A stretch of DNA of 64,000 bases from Octopus vulgaris. Its lineage: Eukaryota. Below the pieces are notes generated by a model. That model saw only the letters and a program-made list of their open reading frames with translations, made no database searches and had not been told where the DNA came from. Shown in pieces: positions 27,730 to 40,870 of this stretch. A program made the translations under genes and the position numbers. The stretch's first letter is position 1, and the number at the start of each line of letters is the position of its first letter. The stretch covers positions 81,220,001-81,284,000 of the forward strand of contig OX597820.1 in assembly GCA_951406725.2 (NCBI GenBank). The letters run 5' to 3'.

Positions 27730-29040
27730 GGGAGAATTCACGAGAAAAACAAAAGACGAAGACAGGTGGTGTAGAAAACAAACAAGTGTATTAGTATCAC
27801 GCTTGGGAATTGAAAAAGTCTTTTACGTTTCGAGCCTACGCTCTTCCACAGAAAAGAACACAGAAAGAAACAAGGAGAGAAAAAGAATGTGTGTAGTGGC
27901 TACTGATCTATCATGGCAACTGCCGGACAGAAAGGTCACACAGGAGAGCGGAGAAGTAGGGGAGATAACAAAGTAAAAGTGATCTCCTACGAAGGTGCGC
28001 GTGTTTGTAAGAGAGTATGCATGTGCGTGTGAAAGAGAGCTGGTGGTCTTGACGTGTGTGTGTGTATGTATAGGTGCGAAAGTGTGGGGATGGGAATTGG
28101 TCAGTGCTGGTGTGTGGTATGGTGTAGTGTGGTGTGATGTTGTTGGGAGGTGGGGGAGGCGAGAGTGGGGAAAGCACGGGTGGGGTGTGGGTTAGGCTGA
28201 GGGTTGGGGTAGAGTCGGGATATGTGGGTAGGCAGAGGGTGGGAGTAGAGGTAGGGTATGTGGGAGAGGGTGTAAGAGATGGGATGGAGTGGGATGAGAA
28301 GGATAGGGAAGGTGGAGTAGGAATGTGTAGGGGTGGGGTGGACTTATGGGGGAGGGTTGACGATGAAGGGGGAAGGGGAAGGTGGGTATGAGAGAAGAGA
28401 GAAAGAGAGTAAGATAGAAGGGAGAAAGAGAGAAAGAGAGTAAGAGAGACAGAGAGAAGAGGGTAAGAGAGAAGAGAGTAAGAAATAAGACAGAAAGAGA
28501 GTAGGGGTGAAGAGAAGTAGGAGTGAAGAGAAGTAGGAGTGAAGAGAAGTAGGAGTGAAGAGAAGTAGGAGTCAGAGCAAGAGAGGAGAGGTGTGTGGGA
28601 GAAAGTAGGAGGGAGGTGGAGAGAGGCAAGGGGAGGAGATTAGATGAAGAGAGGAGGAGAGTTAAGCCCATATGGCACAAAAGAGTGAAGAGAGAAGATT
28701 AATCCCTGTTCACGGCACAAACGGGAGTCCGGATGGCCTCTGTGCAAGGACAATCTGAACACAGACAGGTGTTGCAAGGAGTGGCCTGTGGAGCGGAAAT
28801 GGTGTGAGACCAGGGTGTCATTGCCGAGGTGGATATCTGAGAGGTGTTCCGCGAACCGATCAGCCAAGCGGCGTCCCGTTTGTTCGATATACAGGGAATG
28901 GCAGAGAGAGCAGGAGATGCAATAGATGATATTGCTGGAGGTGCAGGTGAAAGAGTTGATGATGCGATAGGGTTGATAATGGGTGCCGGTGAGGAGGGTG
29001 GTGTTGGAGAGGTAAGGGCAGGTGCGGCAGCATGGGGGGA
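27730..29040 (-). mobile_element. Penelope-like element 3' part with GIY-YIG endonuclease
   Basis: FTCTSSNIIYCISCSLC..LYIEQT.R.L..RF.EH...HF...H..RE at 28640-29040, then pyrimidine-rich 3' region and hammerhead. Confidence 0.9.
27820..27855 (-). ncRNA. Minimal type-I hammerhead-like ribozyme (A6U core variant)
   Basis: TTTT-CTGTGGA-A-GAGC-GTAG-GCTC-GAAA-CG-TA-AAAG. Confidence 0.62.
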
Positions 29041-29051
29041 CATATATATAT

Positions 29052-29855
29052 GTTCCACTTCTTGTCTCCATTTAATTTTTATATATATATTTAAGACGCG
29101 AAATTCTCTCCCTTTGCTTTACCCTCTCCACTCTCTCTCCCTCTCACCCTTCCTCTTCTCTCTCTTAGCCGCATGTCCCCCTCCTCCTTTCTCACTGCCA
29201 GCCTAAAAATTTCTTTCTTTTGCACGCTGCCTCTGCCACTGAAAAGTCATGCTTTCCGCACGTTGCCACACAACATCTTTCGTCTAGCCAGAAAAAGGCC
29301 TTTTCGTTTGTTTGTTTTTTCTCGTTTGTTCTCTTGTTTGTTTGATTTCCCGTATTGTATTCTCTTTTTATTTCTCGTTTTGTATTTTTTTTGTACATGT
29401 ATTTTTATCTTGTATTTTATTGTGTAGTATTATTGTCACGTCCTGTTTGTGTTCTTACCCGTTTTACCCTGCTGCTTGGAATTTTATTTTAATTCTCTCG
29501 CAGGAAGGCCTAGTTGACGATGTGTCCTGTCTTGCCTTTGAAACACGCTCGAGTTTAACTAGCGACAGCTGATGACGGTGGTTTTTTCCTTGTGTAGCAT
29601 GTCCTGTACTTGTTTCTTGTTGTAAATTTTTGTTTTTCCCGTTTCTACGTCTTGTTGTGGTGTCCTGTACTCACGTATATTTATTTATATATGCATGTAT
29701 ATATACATGTAGATGTAGGTACGTACATATATGTTTGTATGTATGCATATATTTTTATTTATTACATTATTGTCTGACAGCGTCTCGCGTCAGGTTCGTT
29801 TTGATTCGTTGGTTCGTTCCACTTCTTGTCTCCATTTAATTTTTATATATATATA
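29052..29855 (+). mobile_element. Unclassified non-coding repeat bounded by ~39-bp direct repeats (related sequence 32970-33440, minus)
   Basis: gttccacttcttgtctccatttaatttttatatatatat at 29052 and 29816. Confidence 0.6.
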
Positions 29856-29862
29856 TATATAT

Positions 29863-29970
29863 ACTCGGAGTGGTTGGCGTTAGGAAGGATATCCAGCTGT
29901 AGAAACTCTACCAGATCAAGACTGGAGCCTGGTGCAGCCATCTGGTTCACCAGCTCACAGTCAAACCGTC
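29863..29970 (+). mobile_element. RTE 3'UTR fragment
   Basis: ctcggagtggttggcgttaggaagg..tccagctgtagaaac. Confidence 0.85.
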
Positions 29971-30002
29971 ACAGTCAAATTACACACAATATAATAGATA
30001 TG

Positions 30003-30809
30003 TATAAAATATTAGAAAAAAACCACCTTTCATCAATTCAAAATGAATAATTAAATTACACCATCTAGAAAATTACATATAATAGAAAAGTTAAAATTAA
30101 AATAACAATAAAATGTAAAGATTAAGTAAATTACAAAAATAATAAAAATAATAAAAATGTATATAATAGGTAGAAAAACGACGTGTTTCACTGCTATATT
30201 TAAGAAATGATTATAGTAGTAGAGAATCACTTCCATATAAATATAGTCGCTCATCAGGTTAAAAATAAAATAGAACAAAAAAATAATTAATTAATAAATA
30301 TACTTTAATATATGTATATATATATATATGTATATGAAAATCCTAAATATACATAAGTGAAAAATAATACTTCAATAATTAAATACTTTAACATTAAATA
30401 AAATACACAAAGCTATTACAAGTCATTAAATTGTAATCAAAATAATAAATGTTTCAAATATAGACAAACTCCTTAAATAAGCTAACCATATAATAAATAT
30501 ACATGTGTAGTATCTATAGATTTAATATAACAATCTATAACAAAATTGACTAAATATCAAATAATATAAAACCTAATTAACTTAAATTTAGTATTACAAA
30601 TACATAAGCCACCTATATATCAATATATAATATAATATATTATTAAAAAAATAAATAAATAAAATAATATACATTTTTATTATTTTTGTAATTTACTTAA
30701 TCCTTACATTTTATTGTTATTTTTATTTTAACTTTTCTATTATATGTAATTTTCTAGATAGTGTAATTTAATTATTCATTTTGAATTGATGAAAGGTTGT
30801 TTTTTTCTA

Positions 30810-30820
<11 letters not shown>
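30003..30820. mobile_element. AT-rich foldback insertion (probable PLE terminal repeat)
   Basis: ~150-bp inverted repeats 30003-30150 / 30673-30820; contains a hammerhead. Confidence 0.7.
30177..30260 (-). ncRNA. Type-I hammerhead ribozyme, canonical core, long helix II
   Basis: AAC-CTGATGA-[gcgaCTATATTTA..GGAAGTGATT..AATCATTTCT-TAAATATAGcagt]-GAAA-CAC-GTC-GTT. Confidence 0.75.
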
Positions 30821-30857
<37 letters not shown>

Positions 30858-31254
30858 TACACACATATACACACGTAGATGCATACATACATATATATAT
30901 ATATATACTTACATACACACACAAATATATACATATAAACAGACATACACATATATGTATATACATATGCACACATATACATATATATACATGCATACAT
31001 ACATATATATATATACATGGGCACACACACACACACACATATATATATACATGGACACACACACATATACATATACACATATGTATATATACATACACAT
31101 CACATATATGTACATACACACTCACATATACACACACACATTCATACACTCACACATGTATATATACATACACACACACACACACACGCAGATATATATA
31201 TATACACACATATAAACATACACACATGCACACACACACACACATGTGTTTATA

Positions 31255-32510
31255 CAGGGGGATTGAAAAGTAACTAAGTAACTCCGTATATTAAAATACT
31301 TATAATTTATTAACTATAATTTTTCCTTAATTTTTTTGGTGTATATTCTTCAACGTATGGGAAATGATTCTATGTTGCTGCTTTTTTTCTTCAGATTAAT
31401 TATCTTGTTTGAAATTTAGAAGCCAAACAAACATGGTTTGATCTCTTTAAAAATAAGTGGTATTCCACATTGGTGGGTTTGTGACCCATCACAACTGCCA
31501 CCAGTAGACAGGAGAAGATCCTCGTATTACCTCTGAAAAAATGCAGAATTGGCCCAAGGTAATGGCATGGTGTAGTATGACTAGGAATGGCAAGATTGTG
31601 AGTCCTTTCATCCTTTGCAATATCATGAATGCTGAAAGGTATATCACAATGCTTCAAGATGAAATCTGACCATATATCAGTACTTCAAAGAATATAGAAG
31701 ATTTGTTTTTGTGCAAGGGAAATCGATCAATGGAAATTGCAGATGTGTTACCAGTGCCGGTGGCATGTAAGAGAACTTTCCGTTTCGCGACCGTTGCCAG
31801 CACCGCCCCGTTTCGTGTCCGTTGCCAGCCTCGCCTGGCCCTCGTGCCGGTGGCACATAAAAAGCACCATCCGTTCGTGGCCGTTTGCCAGCTCTGTCTG
31901 GCACCAGTGCGGATGGCACGTAAAAAGCACCCACTACACTCACGGAGTGGTTGGCGTTAGGAAGGGCATCCAGCCGTAGAAACACTGCCAGATTTGACTG
32001 GGCCTGATGAAGCCTTCTGGCTTCACAGACCCCAGTAGAACCGTCCAACCCATGCTAGCATGGAAAACGGACGCTAAATGATGATGATGATGATGATGAT
32101 GATGGCGCTCCTCCACATTTTGCTATTGTTGCTCATGAATAACTGAATGTCCACTTCCCTAGGAGATGGCTGGATCATTGAAGGCCACATGATTGGCCGG
32201 CCTGGAGCCCTGGACTTAACACCCTGCAACTTTTTTCTTTGGGAGTGTTTAAAGGAGCAAGTTTACTCTACCAAACCAATGACTTTGGAAGAACTTGATG
32301 GGCAAATACAAGAAGCTATGTCTTCTATCCCACAAGAGTTCTTGATGAAATCAGTTGATGCCGTTCCTGGGTGGCTCGAGAAGCTGGTGGCGAATGCTGG
32401 TGCCTGTATTGAATTTTAAATAAAACTCCGTGCTAAATGCTTTCTTCACATATTCATCTTTTCTAAAAATGGTAAGTATTTTAAAATAGGAAGTTATTTT
32501 TCAATCACCC

Positions 32511-32512
<2 letters not shown>
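31255..32512 (+). mobile_element. Tc1/mariner relic with TIRs, interrupted by an RTE fragment
   Basis: TA|cagggggattgaaaagtaact ... agttatttttcaatcaccctg; KVMAWC, FVQ|DGAPPH, LTPCNFFLWECLKEQVY. Confidence 0.88.
31718..32100 (+). mobile_element. RTE 3'UTR fragment with (GAT)n tail
   Basis: Matches 25170-25660. Confidence 0.92.
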
Positions 32513-32544
<32 letters not shown>

Positions 32545-32953
32545 CTCTCTTTTACTCTCTTTTACTTGTTTCAGTCATTTGACTGCGGCCATGCTGGAGC
32601 ACCGCCTTTAGTCGAGCAACTCGACCCCGGGACTTATTCTTTGTAAGCCCAGTACTTATTCTATCGGTCTCTTTTGCCGAACCGCTAAGTGACGGGGACG
32701 TCAACACACCAGCATCGGTTGTCATGCAATGCTAGGGGGACAAACACAGACACACAAACATACACGCACACACACATATATATACATATATACGACGAGC
32801 TTCTTTCAGTTTCTGTCTACCAAATCCACTCACAAGGCTTTGGTCGGCCCGAGGCTATAGTAGAAGACACTTGCTCAAGGTGCCACGCAGTGGGACTGAA
32901 CCCAGAACCATGTGGTTGGTAAGCAAGCTACTTACCACACAGCCACTCCTGCA
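32545..32953 (-). mobile_element. tRNA-derived SINE (family A), full length
   Basis: A/B boxes; closely similar to 16471-16854. Confidence 0.9.
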
Positions 32954-33652
32954 CATATATATATATATAATAAATTAATAAAATAAAACATATACATATA
33001 TACATACATATATGTATGTACCTACCTCTACATGTATATATACATGCATATATGGGTACAGGACACCAAAAAAAACGTCAAACACAATGAGAAACGAAAA
33101 CATAAACACAAAACCAAGGAAATGGACATTTTTCTTAAACAACGAAAAAATAGAGTACAGGACATACTATACAAGGAAAATTCCCCTTCTCAGTCACCTT
33201 TGTTTCATCTACTCTGCATTTCGAAGGTCAAGGCGAGACACGACTTTAATGAAACATTCCTTCCCGCGAAAAGCAAATTAAATAAAATTTGAGATTTTTT
33301 TGTGGAGGGGTAAAAATAGTAACAAAAACAGGACAGTAACGACAGTACAAAATATAAACAGTAAAAGACAGGACAAGGAGAATAACAGTAACACAGACAA
33401 GAAGGGCTGTTAAGCCAAATGAGATAAAATATTACAAACGCTACACACACACCACACACACACATATATATATATACACACATACATATGTACACATATA
33501 CATACATTCACACACATATACATACAAACACGCACGCACATATATATATATCTATAATATATACACACACACATATATCTCTATAATATATATACACACA
33601 CACACATATATATATATATTATAGATAAATAAAGGCAGATATGGCTGGTCTA

Positions 33653-33715
33653 TAGGGTTATTCTGAGTTTCATATGCATAAAGCGCTTAGCTTTACAGCA
33701 TTTCTTCAGACCCTA
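33653..33715 (-). ncRNA. Type-I hammerhead ribozyme
   Basis: TAGGGT-CTGAAGA-a-ATGCtGTAAAGC-taagc-GCTTTATGCAT-at-GAAA-CTCAGA-ATA-ACCCTA; 6-bp helix I. Confidence 0.7.
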
Positions 33716-33779
33716 AAACCTATGGCCTCTCTAGAAAATGGAGGAAAAGACTTTATTACTGTCAACAATAAGGGATTGT

Positions 33780-34320
33780 CTCCCTTTGACTTCTGTTAAT
33801 TGACCATGTTAGCATGTGGTTCCCAGGATGCTAGCAGAAATTTCCTGAAATGCAAGCAGTGTCCAAATACCTCTGTCCTGAAGTGAAGGATGTTCTCTGG
33901 AGGCACTAGCTGCTAGTGGGTTTAGGAACCAAATCTACATGCTGGGCCCTAACACCCACAGAAGGAAGTGCTGCAGAAATATTATTTTCCTCCACCCTTT
34001 TCCTCAATGTAAAAATGTGTGTCGGTAGAATATTCCTTAGGCTAGCAGATAAACACTTCACATGTTCACATAGGTATGGATGCATTTTCACCAGATACAT
34101 CCTAAGGGTCTCTTTTAGCTGTGACCCCAATATTAAGAGCATTCTTGTCAACAAACACCCCTAAGCCACAAGTGGAGGTTGGATGCTCATGCAGGGATTA
34201 CAACAGATGCCCAATGGGAGACCATTGTAAAATCAATGAGGTGGTAGCCAACCCTAGTAGCAGCAATAGCAGCAGCTTTCCCAGTAACTACTACTACCTG
34301 GGCTCCTCAGGATAATGTAA
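33780..34320 (+). mobile_element. Penelope-like element ORF remnant
   Basis: VGRIFLRLADKHF..IF....RVSFSCDPNIKSIL, then CSCR....CPM..HC....VV. Confidence 0.75.
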
Positions 34321-34429
34321 CACAAGATTATAATATTCATTAGTCTAAACTCATTTAAAAATTAAAATTAAAGATGATTGATTTCTATCTTCTAACAGTG
34401 GAGAAAAGAAGTGAAGATAGGGAGCAACT

Positions 34430-34810
34430 GCCTTGTTGCATTCTCTTGGATTACTTTGATGTCTTGAAATCTTGCTGGGGTCTTCCACTGTGAAGACCGA
34501 GCCTTGTTTTCAGCATCATAGCATTAGACCTATGATCTATCACCTGTTATGACAGTTTTCAAGAAATTTTTGGCTTCCTCAACACAATCAAGGAGATCCT
34601 GTGCAGCTGAAGCCCGATCTTTTTGAGATGGCTACACGCTACACACTTTATTTCCGAGCTCTGTTATAAACCATGAAGTGAGATCTTCATAACTTAGTCA
34701 ACATGCGTGACAAAGTTGAAGGTCAATCAGTGCTAAGCAGCTTCACTCTGTGTACTTTAACTCCATTACTATAGCAACAGTCTTGATACTTTCTGATCAG
34801 ACTTCATCCA
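34430..34810 (-). mobile_element. mariner transposase relic
   Basis: FLKTVITGDRS*V*CYDAENKARSSQWKT. Confidence 0.8.
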
Positions 34811-34814
34811 CATA

Positions 34815-35475
34815 CAGGGTGCTTGGGTTAAGTTTGATGATTATTTATGTCTCCTTTTTTGAGGATTAGCTTAATGGTTAGGTGAACAGTCAATGACACT
34901 GGAGAGCATGAAGATTAAAGATGTAGTTAAGAAAAAGTTAGCTGACCTGGATGACTGGAAGCTATCTGGATATTGGGAAAGTGTTACCTGTATCATGAGG
35001 ATTCATGCCAAGTTTTAAAATGCTGACATTATGACTGCTGCTCAATGCTCTGTGAACACTATAAAGGCTGTAAGGCATGAAATGGACAGCTGTAATGGAG
35101 ACTAGGAAGCTATGACCAATATGAAGGAATGCAACAGGCATACTGACTGTGTTTGCACAATAGAATTCATCCAACTGATGAAGAGGACCTTAAGCCCAAT
35201 TGAAATGGCTATGTGAAGCTGCTAGAGACTGTGGTCAAACCCTGGTTGGAAAGGGTTGCTTATATGTGTGGCAGCAAGATTCAGCTCCTTGCCATACCTC
35301 TGGAAAAAGTAATCTTGAGGCCATGGTGGAAGCTGAGGCTGGTTACTCTGAGTAAACTGTTATTGCCCAGCCATAATGTTGTTTATTTATTTTTATTTTT
35401 TTAAATCTTTTATTTTTGGATGAAATATTGTCTTTTTCTTTTCTTTTTATGCAAACTATCAAATTTAGCTTGAAA
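34815..35475 (+). mobile_element. Tc1/mariner-superfamily internally deleted relic
   Basis: TA|cagggtg start; homologous to 56830-57630. Confidence 0.65.
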
Positions 35476-36344
35476 AGCTTTTACTTTTTTCAGTCATCTG
35501 ACTATGACTATGCAGTCCAATGAATACACAAATATGAGTATTCATTTGAGTCAAATGAATATATGTACTTGTATACACACACACAAACCTCACATACAGA
35601 CATGTGTACATGAGTACACAGGAAATGTTTTCCTCATGGAAGCCCTCTGTATTTCTTTATGAATTGCCTCTGTTACTACACTGTTTCCACCATTCTCGAA
35701 CCATGTTATTGAATGTATTAAGTGAATTTATTGCCGTACCAGCACTAGTGAGATTGCCTTGTACTCTGCAGGATATGAGATTCCTTACCACAAACAAATT
35801 ATGGGACATAGACAGAAAATATAGTACTTTTAAGGAGTGTTATCATAAAGACAGACATATAGAAAGACACACGAACAGACAGATACACACAGACACCCCT
35901 TCCACAAACACACATCTATGAAAGGCTTCTTTTTACTCATGGATCACTGGGCAGCTTCTTCCAAGATGCCAGACCATGGGTTAAATGAATTGGCTATGAG
36001 TGCAGGACAGATACAGCAAGTGGACAGGAACCATCAATATTGTGGTTAATAGTCCAACATTCTATTAACCCCGATATTGTTTTCATCACCCACCAGCACA
36101 TGTAGAATACACAGTTTCAAAGTGAGTCAGCAGGGGGAGCCTCTATATGGTTATTTGATCTGTTAGAAACAAGAGCAAATCTCTCTATCAACTTAAAGAA
36201 GGACACACTAAGTAACTTTGTCTCGGGTTGCCTGCATATAGAAAAACACAGATGGTCACAGTTGGAATGTCTTTGTTCACAGTATCACTATTACATGAAC
36301 AGGGCTGACCTGGGGCTAACAAACAAGATCAAAACAGAAATATA

Positions 36345-36700
36345 TCTTTTATCTTTTACTTGTCTCACACATTAGACTGTGGCCATGCTGGGGCACTGCC
36401 TTGAAGAATTTCAGTTGAACTTATCAACTCAATACTTATTTTTCTTCTGTTTTGCCAAACAAGTTATGGGGATGTAAACACATCAACATCGGTTGTCAAG
36501 AGGTGGTGGGGGATAAACACATACACAAAGACACGCACATATGGCAGGTGTCTTTCAGTTTGTCTACCAAGTCCACTCACAAGGCTTTGGTCAACTTGAA
36601 GCTATAGTAGAAGACACTTGCCCAAGGTGCCAAGCAGTGGGATTGAACCCAGAACCATGCAGATGGAAGGCAAACTTCTTACCAGACAGCCATGCCTGCA
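36345..36700 (-). mobile_element. tRNA-derived SINE (family A), older copy
   Basis: Similarity to 32545-32953. Confidence 0.8.
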
Positions 36701-37337
36701 TCTATATCGATAATAAATCTAAAGAACAAGCCAGATAGGAAATGATATATGTTGTCAGTCAAGAATTTTTGGATAAAACTATCTATACAAAGTTTTCGTA
36801 AAGAAATACATTACATATCAGCAAAAGTATATTTATTCCCATGTGTTTGGAAATATATCAACCTTGACAAATCAGGTTGCATCTTATGCATATTTAAGCA
36901 GCTATGTTGGAAAATATAGATTCCAATGGTTAAACTAATTCAAATGAAGAACAAGCATAAAAGGAAAGAAATCAATATAATACAAAACATGTCTTCTGAA
37001 ACCAAATATGGTCCCTTGTTATTTTCTGGAAATCATGTACAATTAGTCCATCAAGAGCTACAGATAAGAATAACAATTATGAAAAAGATGTAACAATGAA
37101 TATTTATTACTTTCAAGACTACATAAAGAGTCCCAATGCATTATTGCCATTAAATTGTATCACATTTCAAATGATATTTTGCAAAAGAAAAGGCATTAGT
37201 TATAAGATAGTTAGCTTTGAATATCTATCTACAGAACCAGTATACACAGAATTAGTATCCATTGATCACATGTTTTTACAGAAACAGTATCCTCAGAACT
37301 AAAATTTGTAACATAAACTAGTAGTCTTGTAACACGG

Positions 37338-37503
37338 GAATGATAAGGTAGTGTGTTACAGGATAATAAAGTAGTGTGTCACAGAATGATGAGAGTATGG
37401 TATCATATCACAGAATAATAAGACAGAATGTCACAAAATAGTAAGGTAGTGTGTTACAGAATAATAAGACAGTATATCACAGAATAGTAAGATAGTGCAT
37501 CAG
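37338..37503. repeat. ~23-bp degenerate minisatellite
   Basis: aatRRtaaggtagtgtgtYacag, about 7 units. Confidence 0.8.
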
Positions 37504-40500
37504 ACAAGAAATTTTATGAATATTCTCAACACTTAGATGAGTAGAGATAAACTATCATTAACAGTCCTGCTAGAATCACAGCAATGGAGTCACTCTGTGT
37601 CATTCCATCTGTTAAAAAGAGCAGCCAAATCTACTTCAAATCACATCTTAAAAAAATAGAAATCCTGGTAAAATATAATCTTATACATATTATATTTGAA
37701 AAAGATGGGATGGTCATGGCTGGAATGTCTTTGATCTAAAGTCTGCTAGTTCAGGACTTGGGACTAAATAAATACATAGAGCAAATTAGAAAACGTGACC
37801 GCCAAGTTTGCAGTCATGAATGTTACCCATATGGCTGTGATACTTTATGAATGAAAATGAGAAAACTTTTCAAGCACTGCAGAGTAGCAGGAAATAATGA
37901 TTGTGCCAAGTTTACATGGGGAACTCACTTGATATAAATAAGAGTTAATTCCCAAGCTGTACATAATTTATTATATATCTATTATTTCAATCAATGAAAT
38001 CATAGAATCATAGGATGGGAAGCAGAATTGATTATCTTCATAAAAAAAAACCAAAAAAAAAAAAAAACAGAAAAAGAAAGAAACTTTGGTGTTTCCTTGC
38101 TTTTACAACTTTGCTAATGTTCTCCAAATATGCAATGTCAATCGCATTCATTTAACATTTGCAACAATACCATAGAATGCTATATCTAGTTTTCATACAT
38201 ACTTTACAAATAGGTTTTCTGAGATAATTAACAATGTGTTAATATCTTAAAATTTTAAAAATATCGAAGATAATCATATATGTGTGTGTTACCTGTTTTA
38301 GGATATATAATGCTGTGCTGTCTATTAAGGAGTGGTGAGTGGGATACATTCCAAAATCTGGGTATCCTGTTCGGAGTTAGTTTGTTATTTCAGGTTTGAG
38401 CAGTTATTGATCTTATACATGGTAATCATGTGCAGCACACAATATTGCTCACACATATTGGGTCAATACAGGTGGCAAACAGACAAACATTTTCGATACA
38501 GTCAAAGAAGTAAAGCTTCGTACAGCACACTAGAGCCACTAGCCCAACAATGTTCCATTTCTCTCTTTCTCTCTCAATCTTCTGCTACAACTACAATATT
38601 AGCAAACCACCGTCCTTTTCAATATATCTTAACTCTCGGTCAATGAACTGGACAATCTTTCCAAACAAGAACTACAACTCTCTGGTACTCTCTATTTACC
38701 CAGCTTTTCCTACCAAACTTTTATCATCCTGAATCTAACTAACCTGCACCTGTCCAACAACATTAGTCAGAAACATGGAAACAAAGGTTTGAGGAACTCA
38801 TACATGTGTGTTCAAATATGAAAAAGAAACATGTTTAAAGTAAACTCTCTACATCAGAGATAGTGCATACAACATTCAGATTTTAATAACAAAAAGACAA
38901 GCAAAACATTTTTTTGTCTACTGAATTAATAATCGACTTAACCTAAGCAGCTATAGCTATGCAGTTAAAAGGTTTTGCTCAGCCATGTGGTTCCAAAATC
39001 TGTCTGCCATATTTCACTCACAGGAATTTGTAGAAATTATGTAGGAGCATGTTATATGAGTGAGTGTGTGTGTGTGTGTCTTTTGCAATATTTGTTCTGC
39101 ACCAAGTCACAAACACTTCCTTATCATTGTTGCTGTCAGAAATGCTGTGAACCAGTGATTGGTCCATTGGAAACTTATATCTGATGGTACTATTGTCTAC
39201 CAAATGTGATACAAAAACAAAATTAGGTAAACAACAATACTAAAGGTTTATCTTTATAATAGTGGTGTTGTTAGTGATGGTTCATCAAACAATGAAAAAA
39301 GATTGACAACAGAGATTACTTGAACCAGAGAAAATGAGGTAAATAATTTCTAGAACCAGTTGAAAGGAGAATGTATGATTACAACATAATTAATTTTATT
39401 AAAACGGTAAAAGCAGAAAAATTAGGGATTAAAAAAACATTTTTTGAAGAAGTGGTATTTGGTTCCAATATCATGGGGTTAAGTAGGTGAAGGATTTTTC
39501 TTATTAGGCAGGGCATAAATCCCTTTCTTATAGGGAACTATCCCAGATAATTATGTGGCTATTTCTAACAGATATGTAAACTGCTGAAATGTAAATGTCT
39601 ACAGAAGATCTGACCTCATGATCTATGATCAGGTTGTTCAATACATTAGCCATACTGCCATTTTACCTTCTCAACTCTTAAAGTACATAAATGAATAAAA
39701 ATGATAGTGTACATTGTAGTGGAAGCTAGGAATATGAGAGACCATATCAAGTAACCTTATTTGTCACCCATTCAGTAAATCTATCAAACATTAACAACAT
39801 GAAACAAGATGTCATCAATACTTATCATCTTCCCCTTTAAAATTAACTTCTATATGACATCCATGAAATATTGCTTGTAACATCACATTGTAAATACATA
39901 GTCTCAATAAAGCTAAAAAATGTTAGCCTTTAAATAGGTTTAACTAACAACTATAGCAATTGAAATATACCCATTTAAGAGGTATTCAATTTCAAATCAA
40001 TACCAATGGGTCCAATAGCATGTTATGCCATAGGCAAACTTTGAACTGAAGTGATATATTTTGAGTGGGGAGAGAGAGGGGGGAAGGAGAGAGAGAGAGA
40101 GAGAGAGATCCTATATATCTAAGTAAGAGTAATAGGAGCATTTGAATTCAGTATTGCAAGCTAATAAAACATGCTACATCTAGCGATGACTAATAATTAG
40201 CCTTTTAAATACCTTTTCAATAAAGTGGACTAACCCATTTGACAGTCATGTACCAATGCAAGGGACAGCATTGCAATACCTGTGACAGTAGTGGAGCACC
40301 TGTAACAGTATTCATAGTTTATCACCTTGGTCATGTGTTTATTAATAGCACTGTTGCATTATTGAAGACAATGTCTTTGAATTTACATCAGTCATATTCC
40401 TGGTAATATGAACTGTTAATTGTTCTCCTATCAACAAATTATCTACAGTTGGGCTTTCACTATGTGAAAAGGTATTACAAGTGCAAGAAGTCAACTGGTA

Positions 40501-40727
40501 CAGCCTACCAACTTTAGAGTGCTGCTATTTAACATTAGATATATTAATTAAATTACAATTAAATTGAAAATTTAGGATACCATATTTATTGAGGAGTTTA
40601 AAGTTGTTGTTAAAATCAAGTTTTCAAATTTACTTTATCTAATTTTAATTAATCTAATTGTTTTTAAGTGCTTCATAACAATTAAATGTACTCAATGCGT
40701 TTTCTTGTAATTTGAAGTTACACTTAA

Positions 40728-40870
40728 TAAATGTACCTCAGTGAGTGCACCTCAATAAATGTTTCTAAATGAATGTACTTTAATGAGTATACCTAATGAG
40801 TGTACCTCAATGAGTATGCCTTAATGAGTGTAACTGTTGAATATACTTTTATCAGTGTGCTATAATGAGT
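40728..40870. repeat. 14-bp degenerate minisatellite
   Basis: aatgagtgtacctc units. Confidence 0.8.

Noticed and set aside
29091-29110. Hammerhead reconstituted across the element ends (CTGACA-GCGTC ... GACGC-GAAA)
   Set aside because: The core lacks a base and helices I and III do not pair
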